The position numbers and the translations under genes were made by a program. A stretch of DNA of 64,000 bases from assembly GCF_902713615.1 (NCBI RefSeq), contig NC_052146.1, positions 61,457,833-61,521,832 on the forward strand. Direction: 5' to 3'. The notes beneath the pieces were generated by a model. The model ran no database searches and had not been told where the DNA came from. It saw nothing but the letters and a program-made list of their open reading frames with translations. This stretch comes from Scyliorhinus canicula. Taxonomy: Eukaryota. Shown here one piece after another: positions 1 to 12,589 of this stretch; position 1 is the first letter of the stretch; every line of letters begins with the position of its first letter.

Positions 1-124
1 TCTTTCAGTCTCCAACTTAGCTCGACTGAGAGACTGGCCGAATTCCTGGGCAGACAGTTAAAAATGGCCTTTATTTTACTTTGGCCTCTGTTGGGACAAC
101 CATGAAGCACCAGAGGAAGCCCCA

Positions 125-672
125 CAGTACAAGAAGACATACGGCGTGTTTGCCTTCATCGGCCGGAGCATTGTGTATAAAAATTGGCAAGTCATGCTGC
201 AGCTGTCTAGAACCTTAGTTAGGCCCAAACTTGGAATACAGTGTTCAATTCTGGTCGCCACACTACTGTTCTCATTGGAAAAATGGAGGTTGAGGGGCAA
301 CCTGATAGAAGTCTACAAGATTATGCAGAGCATGGACAGAGTGGATAGTCAGAAGCTTTTTGGCAAGGTGGAAGAGTCGATTACTCGGGGACATAGGTGA
401 AAGATGCAAGGGGCAAAGTTTAGAGGAGATGTGCAAGGGAAGTTTTTACACCGAGAGTAAAGGGTGCCTGGAACTCGTTACCGGAGGAGATGGTGGAAGC
501 AGGTACGATAGTGACATTTATGGGGGATCTTGACAAATACATGAATAGGCTAGGAATAGAGGGATACGGACCCCAGAAGTGCAGAAGGTTTTAGGTTAGA
601 CAAGCAGTATGGTCGGTGCAGGCTTGGAGGGTCAAAGGGCCTGTACCTGCGTGTACTTTTCTTTGTTCTTTG
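125..672 (+). mobile_element. CR1-clade LINE 3' fragment with an internal deletion
   Basis: LFSLEKWRLRGNLIEVYKIM-type ORF2 C-terminus and gggcctgt...ctttgttcttt tail; same subfamily as 37767-38920. Confidence 0.85.
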
Positions 673-679
673 GTAGTAA

Positions 680-2390
680 GGGAGTTCAAGGATCTTGACC
701 CAGCAACATCGAAGGACTTAGCATATAATTCCAAGGGCCTTGGAGGCAAATCTGCAAGTGGTGGTGTTCCCATGCATCTGCTACCCTTGTCCTACTAGGC
801 TGTGAAAGTTGTGGGGAGGTGCAGTAAAAGGAGCCTTCAAAGGAGTCTCGGTGAGTTGCTGCAGTGTATCTTGTAGCCGTTACACACGGCTGTCACTGTA
901 TGTTGGTGGTGGAAGGAATGAATGTTTAACTTGGTGGACGGGGTGCCAATTAAGCAGGCTACGGGACAGTGTTGAGCGTCTTGAGTGTTTTTGAAGCAGC
1001 ACTCATCCAAGCAAATGTAGAGTATTCCATCGCATTCCCGACTTGTGCCTTTTAGATGATGGATATGCTTTTTGGGGATTCAGGAGTGAGTTACTTGTCA
1101 CAGAATTCCCAGCCTCTGATCAGCACTTGTAGCCACAATATTTATATGGCTAGTCTAGTTCAGGTTCTGAACAATGGTAACCCCCAAGATATTGATAGTA
1201 GGGGATTCAGTGAAGGTAACGCCATCGAAGGTCATGGGGAAATGGTTAGATTCTCTCTTGTTGGAGATAGGCATTGCTGGCACTTGTGTGACATGAATGT
1301 TACTTGTCATTGACCAACACAAGCCTGAATATTGTCCAGATCTTGCTACATGTAGGTGTATAATGTTTGAGGCTCTATGGAGTTGCAAATGGTGCTGAAC
1401 ACTGAGTAACTGTCAGTGAAAATTTCCACTTCTGACTTTGTGTTGTAGGAAAAGCCATTGATGAAGCAGTTGAAGATAGCTGGGCCTAGGGCATTACCTT
1501 GGAAACCCCTGTAGTGATGTCCTGGGGCTGAGATGACTGACCTCCAACACTATAACCATTGTCCTTTGTGCCAATATGACTCTTAACGAGTTAAGATTTT
1601 CCCCCTGATTCCCAATGACTTCAATTTTGCTGCAGTCCTTTGATGCCACACTTAGTCAAATGCTCCTTGATGTCATGGGCAGTCACTCTCACTTCTCTTC
1701 AATTCAGCTCTTTTGTCCATATTTAGGTGAAGGCTGTAATGAAGTCTGAAATGGCAGAGCCTGGCAGAAACAGAACTAAGTGTCAGTGAGCAGGTTATTG
1801 CTGCCTAAGTACAGCATGATAGCACTGTGAATAGCACTTTCCATCAATCTGACTGAAAGTATAGTGTTGAAATAATTGACCAGATTGGATTTGCTTGGCC
1901 GTGTATGGGCAGGACATACCTGGGCAATTTCCCACATTGTTGTACAATTGCCAGTGTTGTAGCTGTGCTGGAGCAGCTTTACTCAGAGTGTGTCTAATTC
2001 TGGAGCTCAAGCCTTCCACACTATTGCTGCAATGTTGCCAGGGCCCAGAGTATTTGCTGTATTCATTGCCATCAACCATTTCTTGATTTGAATAGGCCAA
2101 AGTTTGGCATCAGTGATGGTAGAGTCCTCAGGAAGAGGCTGAGATGGGTCGTCCACTCCGCATTTCTGCTGGAGATGTTACAAATTCTTCATCCTTGCTG
2201 TTTGCACTGGGCTCCTCCAGCATTACGAATGGGGATATTTTTGAAGCCTCCTCCTCCAGTTATATATTTACTTCTACACTGCCATTCATGGCTGGATGTG
2301 GCAGGACTACAGAGCTTTATGGTTGATACAATTCTGCTGATGACTCGCTGTGTCTGGTGGATGCCCAATTGTGACCTGCTAGACCTGTTC
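680..2390 (-). mobile_element. Decayed CR1/L2-group LINE RT fragment
   Basis: Minus-strand remnants ESPTINILGVTIVQNLN and RT-like segments broken by stops and frameshifts. Confidence 0.7.
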
Positions 2391-2639
2391 TGATTCTCTC
2401 TCATAGCACAGTGGGAGTGACGCAAAACATAGCCATTTGCTCCAATTTGATCATATGGCTCTTCTTCGTGTTTAAACCTTATGAAGGGACCACCAGGCCA
2501 GGGATGGGAGAGGAGAGCCAGAAATGTTCCACATTGCGGGATCACTTCGGATGAAGAAAGCCCTTCCACTTGTTTTCATCTCATCCTTCAGAATAGTCAT
2601 GCTGTCATCTTTTCATTACAGCTTCCAGCTGTTTTGAAT

Positions 2640-2990
2640 CCTGTATTCCAAACCTCACACGCCAACCACCCTTGGTGACCCGTGACCCATTGCAGCTGTT
2701 GATCACTGCCTTTTGTAAAGAAATCCCGCCTGTAAACTACATATAATAGGCTTGCCCTTACAACCATAGACCTACCTTGTGTGTCAGCTTTGGATTTTTT
2801 AAATGTATTGTCCAGGGTTAAGTTCAATCCCATTGTCATGATGAATTTTCTCCAGCTCCTCAAGTATCTTGTATACCTCTATGTGCTGCCCCGTTAGACT
2901 CGTCTTGTCAAGGCTGGAGAGGCTTGTTATTCCAGTCATTTCTGACAGTCCGTCCCTCTCTAATTCCAGGATCAGCCTCCAAGCTCATTA
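2640..2990 (-). mobile_element. Highly decayed CR1 3' end
   Basis: Minus strand reads SLDKTSLTGQHIEVYKIL and RRDFFTK, resembling the CR1 ORF2 C-terminus. Confidence 0.5.
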
Positions 2991-3367
2991 AACTGAAACT
3001 TTGCAACGGTGAATGAAATCTGGGGGAATATGATTGCTTTCAGCCTGTGAAGCTAGCTGCCCCAAAAGCGTGTGTGGAATATTCCTATGTTGACCTGCTG
3101 ACACCCGAGCCAGTTGAGCTGGCTTTTGTATCTGGATTAAAAGCTGAAGGAAGCAATGCCGTTTTATGGCCCAGCTCATTCTTCTCTGTTTGAAGTCAGA
3201 GACTGGGGAGCAGTTGCAGGGTGGTCCACTGTTCTTCCCTATCTCTAGGGGCTTGCATATGCCCTTACATTCTGGCTCCCATTCCATTTCGCTGTCGAGC
3301 CAATCCAACTAAAAGTCAAACTGGCCCCAGTTTGGTTGGGATTGGAATAGAGGCGTGTGCCATGTGA

Positions 3368-3553
3368 AATGAAAAATGAAATGAAAATCGCTTATTGTCA
3401 CGAGTAGGCTTCAATTAAGTTACTGTGAAAAGCCCCTAGTCGCCACATTCCGGCGCCTGTTCGGGGAGGCTGGTACGGGAATCGAACCGTGCTGCTGGCC
3501 TGCTTGGACTGCTTTCAAAGCCAGCGATTTAGCCCAGTGTGCTAAACAGCCCC
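3368..3553 (-). mobile_element. Short tRNA-derived SINE (family 2: tRNA-Ile-like head, tail B)
   Basis: Minus strand ggggctgtttagcac...ggttcgattcccgtaccagcc...acaataagcgattttcattt; catgtga direct repeat on both flanks; further copies at 10553 and 53171. Confidence 0.85.
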
Positions 3554-4825
3554 TCATGTGATGATCCTTCTAACACTCTGGCATCAAAACTGAAAGGACC
3601 ATTAAGTATCACTTCTTCTGGGGATCGTACAGAAGTTTCCTTAGGTGAACCCCAGGGTCCTCCCATGGTAAACTCCCTGTTCAACAGAAATTCCCTGCCA
3701 ATTCCCTGGAACGGAAACCAACATCCATCAAAGCCAGGAACCAAAGACCAGTTCAAATCCATACTGAGTTCACGCATCACAGCCAGGATTGCAGTAGGAA
3801 CAGCAGAGTTGCCATTCATGGCCTCTGGGGTTAGGGTGGGAGGGAAAGGTGAGGTTGGTTTCATAATTCTGATCACCACAGTTCTCCGAGATGGAAGTTG
3901 TGTCTCATCGTGCATGTGACAAGGGCCGATTGTGTTTGGCTCAGACGAGCCCGCTGTTTGTCTCTACACATGGCTAATGGCGGCTTGTGTGAAGCCCACA
4001 TCACAGCATGAGTTGGCAATTTATGGAGAGGAATTAGAGGGGTTCGGGGTGGGCGTGGGCAGCCCTCCATGCAATGTTTGGTCCTCGCATAATTTGAAGC
4101 AGAAACCGACTGGAAGAATGTCTGTCATGGGAATTTTGCAAAGCTGAACATGGGTTGCTGCAAAGGGTTAAAGCCTCACTTCAAATGTTGCTGGGTAAGT
4201 TTGTTCCTTTGAATGAAATAAACACCGCAATAAATCAATAAAGTTTATAGCAGCTGCATTATCACAGCTCGGTTCCCATTTAACAGCTCCAGCGCACTGC
4301 ACACCATCCATAAATTCGCTCCTCTATAGCTGTGAGGGACATGGCCTTCATATCCAGCTCTTTGAAGTTCAGAAATATAAAGTGTCGACTCCCACCTTAT
4401 TCTAAGAGGCCTCTGATGTTTCCATTTTTTTTTGCAGTTGCGACAGCGTCCAGCAATGGTCTCTTCTAAAAGAAATACTGCTTTTTGAGGGGAAATAACT
4501 TCATGCCTCTATTCTTCACCCCCACCCCGCCAAAATCTCCCAACTCCCATTTTACCTTCCCACCACTTTCTTTGGGGGAAGTCTGCCACTGTTTTGCGAT
4601 TTTGCTAATGAGATAATAACAGGGTGCTCTTTATCCTCCATTAAAAGTAATAACAGGCAATGGTAGATGTGCATCAGTAAAGAAAAGGACAGACTGTGGT
4701 ATATAAAGAATATCTGTGATATTTTACGAGAGGCACGCAAACTCTGGAGTGGTTCCTTTTTTTGTTAAACGAAAACAGTGTTAAACTTTCCCCCCACCAG
4801 TCAGAAGGATTTCCTGGTCTTCGCA

Positions 4826-4835
4826 CCCCCCCCCC

Positions 4836-4880
<45 letters not shown>
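4826..4880. repeat. Poly-C run of about 27 nt fused to a (CA)n microsatellite
   Basis: Directly visible in the sequence. Confidence 0.95.
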
Positions 4881-4882
<2 letters not shown>

Positions 4883-5504
4883 CTGCACATCGCCTGGCTG
4901 AGATCAGGAACTCGCACCGTGAAGGATCATCAAGAACAGTCCACAAGCAAAGATTTCAGTCGCAACATTAATTGAGATTGCGGCATGATTCAGAGCGTTA
5001 AGCCAAAGACTTGTGAGCAATGTCGATGAAAGCGGGTTAACTGACATGGAAACACAAAGCAAAACGTGTGGAAGTGTTGCATCAAATTACCTTGAAGCGA
5101 CATCATATCAGCCGGCCATTCGGTATCTCGAATTCACCGGAATCTCCAGCGACTCGAGTTAGCTCATTGCACCTTCATACCCCGCACTCTGGTTCCGTCT
5201 ATTCCTCTCCCTCATGTTTGTAGGCAAAAAGATTTAATACATTTTAGGTAAGGTTTTTAGACATTGGGAACGCTTGTCCCCAGAGTCAATGGATATATGG
5301 AATCAAAGCTATAACAGTTAGTCCTGCACCAATAGTACCCTCTGTTTAATATACCAGCCTCTCCGAACAGGCGCCGTAATGTGATGACTACGGGCTTTTC
5401 ACAGGAACCTCATTGAAGCCAACTTGTGACAATAAGTGATTATTAATTAATATAGACATATTAACATGAATGTGGTGCCTGCTAAACATGCATGTCAGTA
5501 TGAT

Positions 5505-5760
5505 CTGGAATTGAAAGCCTAACGATGACCATTAAATCATTGTCCATTGTTGTAAAAACCATCTGGTTCACTACTGTCCATTAGGGAAGGAAATCGGTTG
5601 TCCTTACCTGCTCTGGCCTACATGTGACTCCAGACCCACTGCAATTTGGTTGACTCTTAAAAATGCCCTCAGAAATGGCCCAGCAAGCCACTCAGTTCAA
5701 GGGAATTAGGAATTGACAATAAATGCTGGCCCAGCTCACATCCAATGAATGATTTTTTAA
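5505..5760 (+). mobile_element. SINE 3' part with L2-type tail (family 4)
   Basis: Homologous to the minus-strand copy at about 43290-44420; ends acaataaatgctggcc...cacatccaatgaatg. Confidence 0.65.
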
Positions 5761-6554
5761 CAATAACAAGTGCTTTCATTAATTCTCCTCAGCCTGCCGA
5801 TGTGGGATTCCTCGACCAATAAACATAATCAAGCTCCAATTGATTTAAAAACAATACATTGAATTACATTATTTTGGCCAGAATAATTTGGTTCAATTTC
5901 TGTTCAGATAATGACATCTTTTTATGTTTCTGAATAGTATCTCACTCATTACAGCCCCAATACAACACGGAGCAACAAGGTATTTGGAAACAACCATAAA
6001 TTGAGATAACGCTCTTTAAAGTCAGCTGCCAAAGCTTTTTACTTTAACTCAAAAGCCGCTGTTAAGTGCTTCACTTTTTTGGAGGGTTGAATGAAAACAG
6101 AAATAATTTGGACAAGGGAAAAGACTAAAAAACATCCTGCTTGTGATTAAAGCTGAAGCACTCTAGGTTTTCCTACGAACTCAGCATGTAGGATCGAAGA
6201 TTCCTGATGAGTGAGCACCATTGTTGCTGCCCCCAAAAAATGGAGCACTTAGAGTACTTGGAGCAACTCTGAAATTAGCTTTAATGTAAGTGGATAAATG
6301 GTAGTTACTTTTTGGATGTGGTTGCCTGATTTACACTGGTACATTTTAAGCGATGGACAACAATTGCAATAAAGAGAAGCATGCATTTACGTGACACCCT
6401 TCACAACCGCAAGGCAACTTTGTTTGTTCTGCCAAGTTTTGCTGACGGTCGTCCTGCCATTGACAGCAATGCAATAAAGCAACATGAAAGTACACTTGGC
6501 TGATATTGGAACCAACAGGCTGACTAGATAAGGCCTATTTGTCATTTTGCTAAT

Positions 6555-7245
6555 GGGTGGCATGGTGGCATAGCCATTAGCACTGCCTCCTCACAGCGCC
6601 AGGGATCCGGGTTTGATTCCGACCTTGGGTGACTGTGCGGGATCAATCATAGAATCCCTACAGTGCAGAAGGAGGCCATTCGGCCCATCGCATCTGCACC
6701 TACCCTCTGAAAGAACACCCTAAACTGGCTCCTACCCTATCCCTGCAATCACGTAACTCCATTTAATGCGCACATCCCTGAACACTAAGGGGCAACTTAT
6801 CATGGCCAATCTACCTAACTTGCACATTTTTGGACAGTGGAAGGGAACTGGAGCACCTGGAGGAAACCCACGCAGACACTGGGAGAAAGTGCAAACTCCA
6901 CACAGACTGTCACACACGGCCAAAATTGAATGTGGGTCCCTGGCGCTGTGTGACAGCAGTGCTAGCCACTGTGCCACCGTGCCGCCCCGTACTTTTTGCA
7001 CTTTCTCCATGTGTCTCCGTGGGTTTCCACCGGGTGCTCCTATTTCCTTCCACAATCCAAAGATGTGTAGGTTAGGTGGATTGGCCATGTTAAGTTGCCC
7101 CTTGGTATCCAAAGGATATGTCGGTTAGGTGGGGTTACAGGGATAGGGCAGGAGAGTGGGTCTAGGTGGGGTGCTCGTTCAGAGGGTTGGTGCAGACTCA
7201 ACGGGCTGAATGGCCTCCTTCTGCATTGTAGTAATTCTGTAGTTC
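6555..7245. mobile_element. V-domain (HE1-like) SINE on + with a second copy nested on - (about 6645-6988)
   Basis: A + head at 6555-6640 resumes at about 6990; a complete antisense copy lies between; Pol III A/B boxes and V core gggtttcctccgggtgctcc. Confidence 0.85.
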
Positions 7246-8449
7246 TTCTGTGGTTGCTGAATGATGTACCCCAGCAGTCCCTGCAAACAACCTCGGGCCA
7301 CTGGTATTGCAACTTACTTCTGAAAGTGGGTTGGCAGTATTTCCACCCTATTCGATAAAAAGGGAGGAGATGAACATTTGGCTGCAGGTTACATGGAAAG
7401 GTACAGACGGAGCTCACAAAATGCTAGGTGGAACCCAAAGTCCCCTAAACTGCTGGGTGCATGAAAGGGCCATACCGAGGACTGCAACTGGTGCAGGAGA
7501 TATATTGGTGAATACGGTCCATTGGAATTTTAATTGGCTTTTCTTTGGAGAGGAGACAGCAAGGAAACGTTTTCTTCAGGAAATTTAATAAGTTCCTTAA
7601 ACGCCAAGATAAGGGAGAATTTGGAATGCAGTGCAGCAGGGCTGGAATTGATGGGATATAGATTGTATTCGGCGTGAGAAAATGAGAGTTCTCAACCAAG
7701 GGAAAAGAGACAGTGAGTTATAATCCTTTCTCCCGTTGACTCTTCTGGGTCCCATGGTGCTAGAAATAAACCATCAATCCCTCTGGAGAGCAGATACATG
7801 CAAAGGACCACCACAAATAACCAGGATGGCTGAGTTTGGGAAAACATTCTTCTGACAATTCCATCTGAACAGGAAGGAGTATTTCCACAGGCATTTTCAA
7901 ATAACATGGTGCATGCTCTGTGTTGAATTAGAAGGCCTGATGGCAATCGAATTATACACTTAGTGGGACCTACCCGCATGATACCTTGAGAAAACCTCTA
8001 ATACTTTCCTTCATTTTATGATGCCATTTTGATATGACTAGACTGAGTGGTGCCTTGTCTTGGCAGAATCTGTGAGCAGATTTGTTTGATTTTTCAAATG
8101 CTTCATGCCCGATGACAAGCCTGTTTGAGATAAGCAGCCCCACTAGGATGTCTTAGCTTTTATAGTAGGAAACAGTTCTTTCCAAAGTTCTGGGAAGTTG
8201 CAGACCTCACACTGAAATGGTTTTGAGACTTTAGGAGTATCTGTAAAAAAAACAAATTCCAGTGTTTGATGAGCAAAAGATGTCACAAACAGATGATTTA
8301 TCCTTGGCTGCAGTTCAATGCTGATTAAATACTTGTATCTTTGAGCTTCCCATATTCTCACTTGGTACATGCAGTGCGCAGTGTGAAATTGAGTCAAAGA
8401 CTGGACCTATCCTGGGTTTATACTGAACTAGTTGATCTAGTTGAACTGA

Positions 8450-9430
8450 GGACAGCATAGTGGTTTTCACTGCTGCCTCCCAATTCCGGCCATGAGTAGC
8501 TGCGTGGAGTTGTGGAGTCCCCGGGCGCGATTCTCCACTGCCCACACTGGGTGGGAGAATCGCGGGAGGGCCGCTCTGGCACCCCCGCGATTCTCCCACC
8601 CCACCCCCCCCCCCCCCCCCAAAATGGCGTGTCGCGTTTTGCCGTTTTTTCCCGGCGACCGCCGATTCTCCGGCCCGGATGGGCTGAGCAGCCTGACGAT
8701 CCCGACCTGTTCACGCCGGTGGCAACCACACCTGGTCGCTGCCGGCGTGAACAGCGCGCGACAGGACCTGTGGGGGGTGGAGAGAAGAACGAGCACCATG
8801 GGTGTGCTCGTGAGGGGACTGGCCCGTGATCGGTGCCCACCGATCGTCGGTCCGGCATCTCTAAGAGATGCACTCTTTCCCCTCCGCCGCCCCGCAAGAT
8901 CAAGCCGCCACGTCTTGCGGGGCAGCGGGGGAGAAGACGGCAACTGCGCATGCGCGGGTTGGTGCCGGCCAACCTGCGCATGCGCGGCTGACGTCACTTG
9001 GGCGCCGCCGGCCGCGTCATTCTCGGCGCGCCGCCTTGATGCAAGCGTCAAGGCCCGGCGGACGAGTTTCTCCCAACGCCGCTCCTAGCCCCCCCATGGG
9101 GGAAGAATAGAGAGCGAGGAGCGGCCTCCGACGCCGTCGTGAAACACTCTGGGTTTCACGCCGGCGTCGGCCATTGCGGAGAATTTTGCCCCCCATGTCT
9201 GCGTAGGTTTCCACCGGGTGCTCTGGTTTCCTCCCACAGTCCAAAGATGTGCAGGTGAGGTGCATTGGCCATACTAAAATTGCCCCTTAGTGTAGAAAGA
9301 TGTGCAGGTTAGATGGGGTTATGGGGATAGAGCAGGGAGTGGGTCGAGCTTGGGTGCTGTTTCAGAGGGTCAGTACGGACTTGATGTGCTGAATGGCCTC
9401 CTTCTGCAAGAATTCTGTGGTTCTATGGGT
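8450..9430 (+). mobile_element. V-domain SINE interrupted by a MITE
   Basis: The SINE core breaks at gtcccc (8522) and resumes cccatgtctgcgt at 9192. Confidence 0.8.
8523..9191. mobile_element. GC-rich MITE, PIF/Harbinger-like
   Basis: TIRs GGGCGCGATTCTCC / GGAGAATTTTGCCC; 3-bp TSD CCC; close paralogue at 29923-30664. Confidence 0.85.
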
Positions 9431-10214
9431 TCTATCTCAGCCAACACACATTGGCCACAGTGTCCCATTGATAAGGTGGGTGGGGAAGAGGAGCATTAAA
9501 CAGGGGCCTGAATTCTCCAGTCCTTCCTGCCAACAGCATCTTCCAGTGCTGCCGAAGTCGATGGATATTCAAGTGCCATTGTGGAACCTGCCGTGGCGGG
9601 GCTGGAAATTCTCTGCCAATGTCGTCCACTCCTGCCTACTATCGAGTGAAACCCAATGAAAGGAAAATTTAATAAATTTGGAAGGTTTCTCAGAACCATA
9701 CCAAATCACTTTGTAAAATGTTTTGCTGTGATGTGTTATTGCATAGACAAATGTGTGTTTGTGTAAACATGAGGACATGATTGGATTTCCTAAATGTCAC
9801 TTCTGGTCGAGGTGCACAGGAGGATGACAAGGAATCAGAGGGCTATTGGTTTCCATGGGATCAGCATAAATCTAAAAGGGGGAACGTTTGTGGGAGGACG
9901 AGAATAGGAATAGGGCACCAATTTGTCCCACGGGCCAGCAGAGATAAAGTTCACAATCTCCATTCTGCCAACCAGGGCTTGTTTTTAAATGTAAATGTTG
10001 ATTCAATGTAGAATAACAACATGGGTCCAGTGTTCCCTCACAGAAAGGAGAAAGAAGATGGATTGCAAAGTACCCTGGTACCCTTATTGTGTGTGTGTCC
10101 TGGCATCCAGTTTCAAAGCACCATTCAGAAGACCAGCCAACAGATCACTCACTTAGCTATTCCACCATACATGATCTGTGTTATGGGGCAGACAGTGAGA
10201 AATATTCATGTTCA

Positions 10215-10550
10215 AATCATGAGGGGGCTGGACAGAGTAGATCGGGAGAAACTGTTCTCCCTCGTAAAAGGATCAAGAACAAGAGGGCACAGATTCAACT
10301 CGAGTTGCAAAAGAACCAAATGTGATGTGAGAAAAAAATCCTTTTCACACAATGAGTGGTTTGGGTCTGGAATGCACTGTCTGGAATTGTGGTGGAGGCA
10401 GGTTGAATCGAGGCATGGAAGACGGCATTGGATGATTATTTGAATAGAAACAATGTGCAGGGATACGGGGAAAAGTCAGGGGAATGGCCCTAGGTCATGG
10501 TGCTCATTTGGAGAGCCGGTGCAGACACAATGGGCCAAATGGCCTCCTTT
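10215..10550 (+). mobile_element. CR1 LINE 3' fragment
   Basis: IMRGLDRVDREKLFSLVKGSRTRGHRF and tail gggccaaatggcctcctt. Confidence 0.85.
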
Positions 10551-10552
10551 CA

Positions 10553-10730
10553 GGGGCTGGTTCAGCACAGGCCTAAAGAGCTGGCTTTCAAAGCAGACCA
10601 AAGAAGGCCAGCAGAGCGGTTCAATTCCCGTACCAGCCTCCCCGAACAGGCGCCGGAATGTGGCGACTAGGGGCTTTTCACAGTAACTTCATTTGAAGCC
10701 TACTTGTGACAATAAGCGATTTTCATTTTT
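10553..10730 (+). mobile_element. Short tRNA-derived SINE (family 2) inserted in the CR1 tail
   Basis: ggggctggttcagcacag...ggttcaattcccgtaccagcc...acaataagcgattttcatt. Confidence 0.85.
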
Positions 10731-11074
10731 CTGAGTCGTAACAATTCTGATTTAATGATGGTGTGTTCCTGTTAAAACCCTACATTGTATCACATCGGTA
10801 ATAGGTTGCACCACATTTAATCCTCCATTCTACCGAACCAACTCGAGATGTGTGAACTACTTGGGAAGGCCACTGGGAGAGGGAAAGGGCATAAATATTT
10901 ACCTTCTGCGATCTGTATTCCCTGAAAAGTGCTCTTGCCTACTAAAATATTACTGAGTGTGCTCTGCATTTTATTGGAGAAAACAATATCACTTATGTTG
11001 CTGACTGTAGTTAAACTGTTTTTGTTTGTTTAAAATGCTCTTTGTGCTTAAGAATCTTGCTCTTGTCTTTGCAG

Positions 11075-11149
11075 GCTAAGCGGGCAGTCCAGAGAGGAGC
11101 AACAGCTGTCATCTTTGATGTATCTGAAAACCCGGATGCCATCGACCAG
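11075..11149 (+). CDS. ZNRF3: ZNRF3 coding exon (PA/ectodomain, [25 protein letters not shown])
   Basis: Acceptor tctttgcag|GCT and donor CAG|gtatgg; 75 nt, phase 0-0; the translation is recognisable as the ZNRF3 ectodomain. Not in the ORF track. Confidence 0.96.
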
Positions 11150-11464
11150 GTATGGAGTAGATTCTCAGTGTAGACCTGTACAGAGTTTACCAGGCCATTA
11201 TAGAGCCTGGACAGTGGTACCAATTGTCCTGTCACTATGGACTTTGTGCAGTATTGTGAAACGGATACAAGAGAATCAGCAGCACCTTCTACAACTCTGC
11301 TTATTTACATTCCTGTTGAAGTGAAAATCTACCCTAATATGGAATGGTAATATGGTTTTACAAGAAACACCAGAGGATTAGTGTATTGATAGAATCAGAA
11401 CATTGCAGCGCAGAAAAGAGTCCATTTGGCCTATAACCACCGCTAGTTCTGAAGCTGTCTACTC

Positions 11465-11938
11465 CAGTGACGGGCAACCTCGGCTCGTGAGTGGGCCTCC
11501 TGAGTGACCCCAGTGGGCCGCAAGATTGAAATCAGGCTTGTTCACGAACCATAACCCTCAAATAAGATTAAATACACACCGAATATTTCATAGTGAGTTA
11601 TAGAAAATGCTAAGATAATCATTCATGTATTAATAAAACCGTCATCAGCTTCAAGTGGTAAAAGCAATAGAAATATTTACACTTTGATTGGATGCAGAGG
11701 GAGCACGTGAATTTCACAATCATTGTTGTGTACAATTAGCCCATACCTCACTTTGCATGCCCTTACTTTACATATTTATCACTTCATTCATACTGGTAGG
11801 AAAAAAGCCATGTGGATGGAAACCAGTGCAATCTGGCAATCCAGCGTGTGGGCAATAGTCAACATAATGACTTGTGTGCCACACTCAGAAGCCGGATGGG
11901 CCACAGGTGGTTACCGGGCAGCAGGCTGCCCGCCACTG
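11465..11938. mobile_element. hAT-type MITE
   Basis: TIRs CAGTGACGGGCAACCT / AGGCTGCCCGCCACTG (14/16 match); 8-bp TSD gtctactc / gtcaactc. Confidence 0.85.
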
Positions 11939-12589
11939 GTCAACTCTATCCCTTATATTACTGCTTTTTCATATGTTTTTCCAGCTACCTTGTAAATTAT
12001 CTTACAGTCTCCGACTCAATAGTCACTCGTAGTAAATAATCCCATGTTCAAATATTCCCTCGTGGGAGGGAAAAGACAATCATGTTTAGTGATAACCCTG
12101 ACTTTGTATTCTGTTGTCAATGCTGGCCATTGAAAACTACCTTTCACTATTCATCTTTATCATGTCACTGTATGTAGCAACCAGAGGAATTCTTACCCAA
12201 AGGAACAGAGATAATCTTTAAATGATTTTTCTTTCTGCCTTTCTGGTTCTGGAGGTGCTGTTCTCCGTTTTTGCCCTGTGCACAATATTTGATTTTATTC
12301 TGCCCCAACCCCTCACTGTTTAAGTCATGTTGGATTTCAAGTGTGGCATTGTGAATCTCACTAGGAGGAGGTGATCGTAAAAAAAACATAATAAATTGCA
12401 TTCCTCCTCCCTAAAGAACCTCCCCAATAGCAGCTCCTACCACCAACCTTGTTTAGAGTTCCCAACTCAATAAAAGCTAGGGTTCAATTTGGAGACCTTC
12501 TTGGTTTGCTTGGCTCAGGAACAACAGTAGACCCTTTGGAACCTCTGGCATGTTCTGGCATTCTATTAGGGCATGGTTAATCTGTATCA

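Noticed and set aside
3529-3919. Overlapping ORFs of 126-128 aa on both strands in unique sequence
   Set aside because: No recognisable domain or convincing splice sites, and one end lies in a SINE; a homology search would be needed.
8418-9110. Overlapping 187-198 aa ORFs on both strands (similarly 29980-30500 and 40208-40925)
   Set aside because: Stop-poor GC-rich MITE interiors with no recognisable domain.
1-11074. Upstream ZNRF3 exons (signal peptide, MHPLGLC...VLGK)
   Set aside because: Not found by eye or in the ORF track; presumed to lie upstream of the window.
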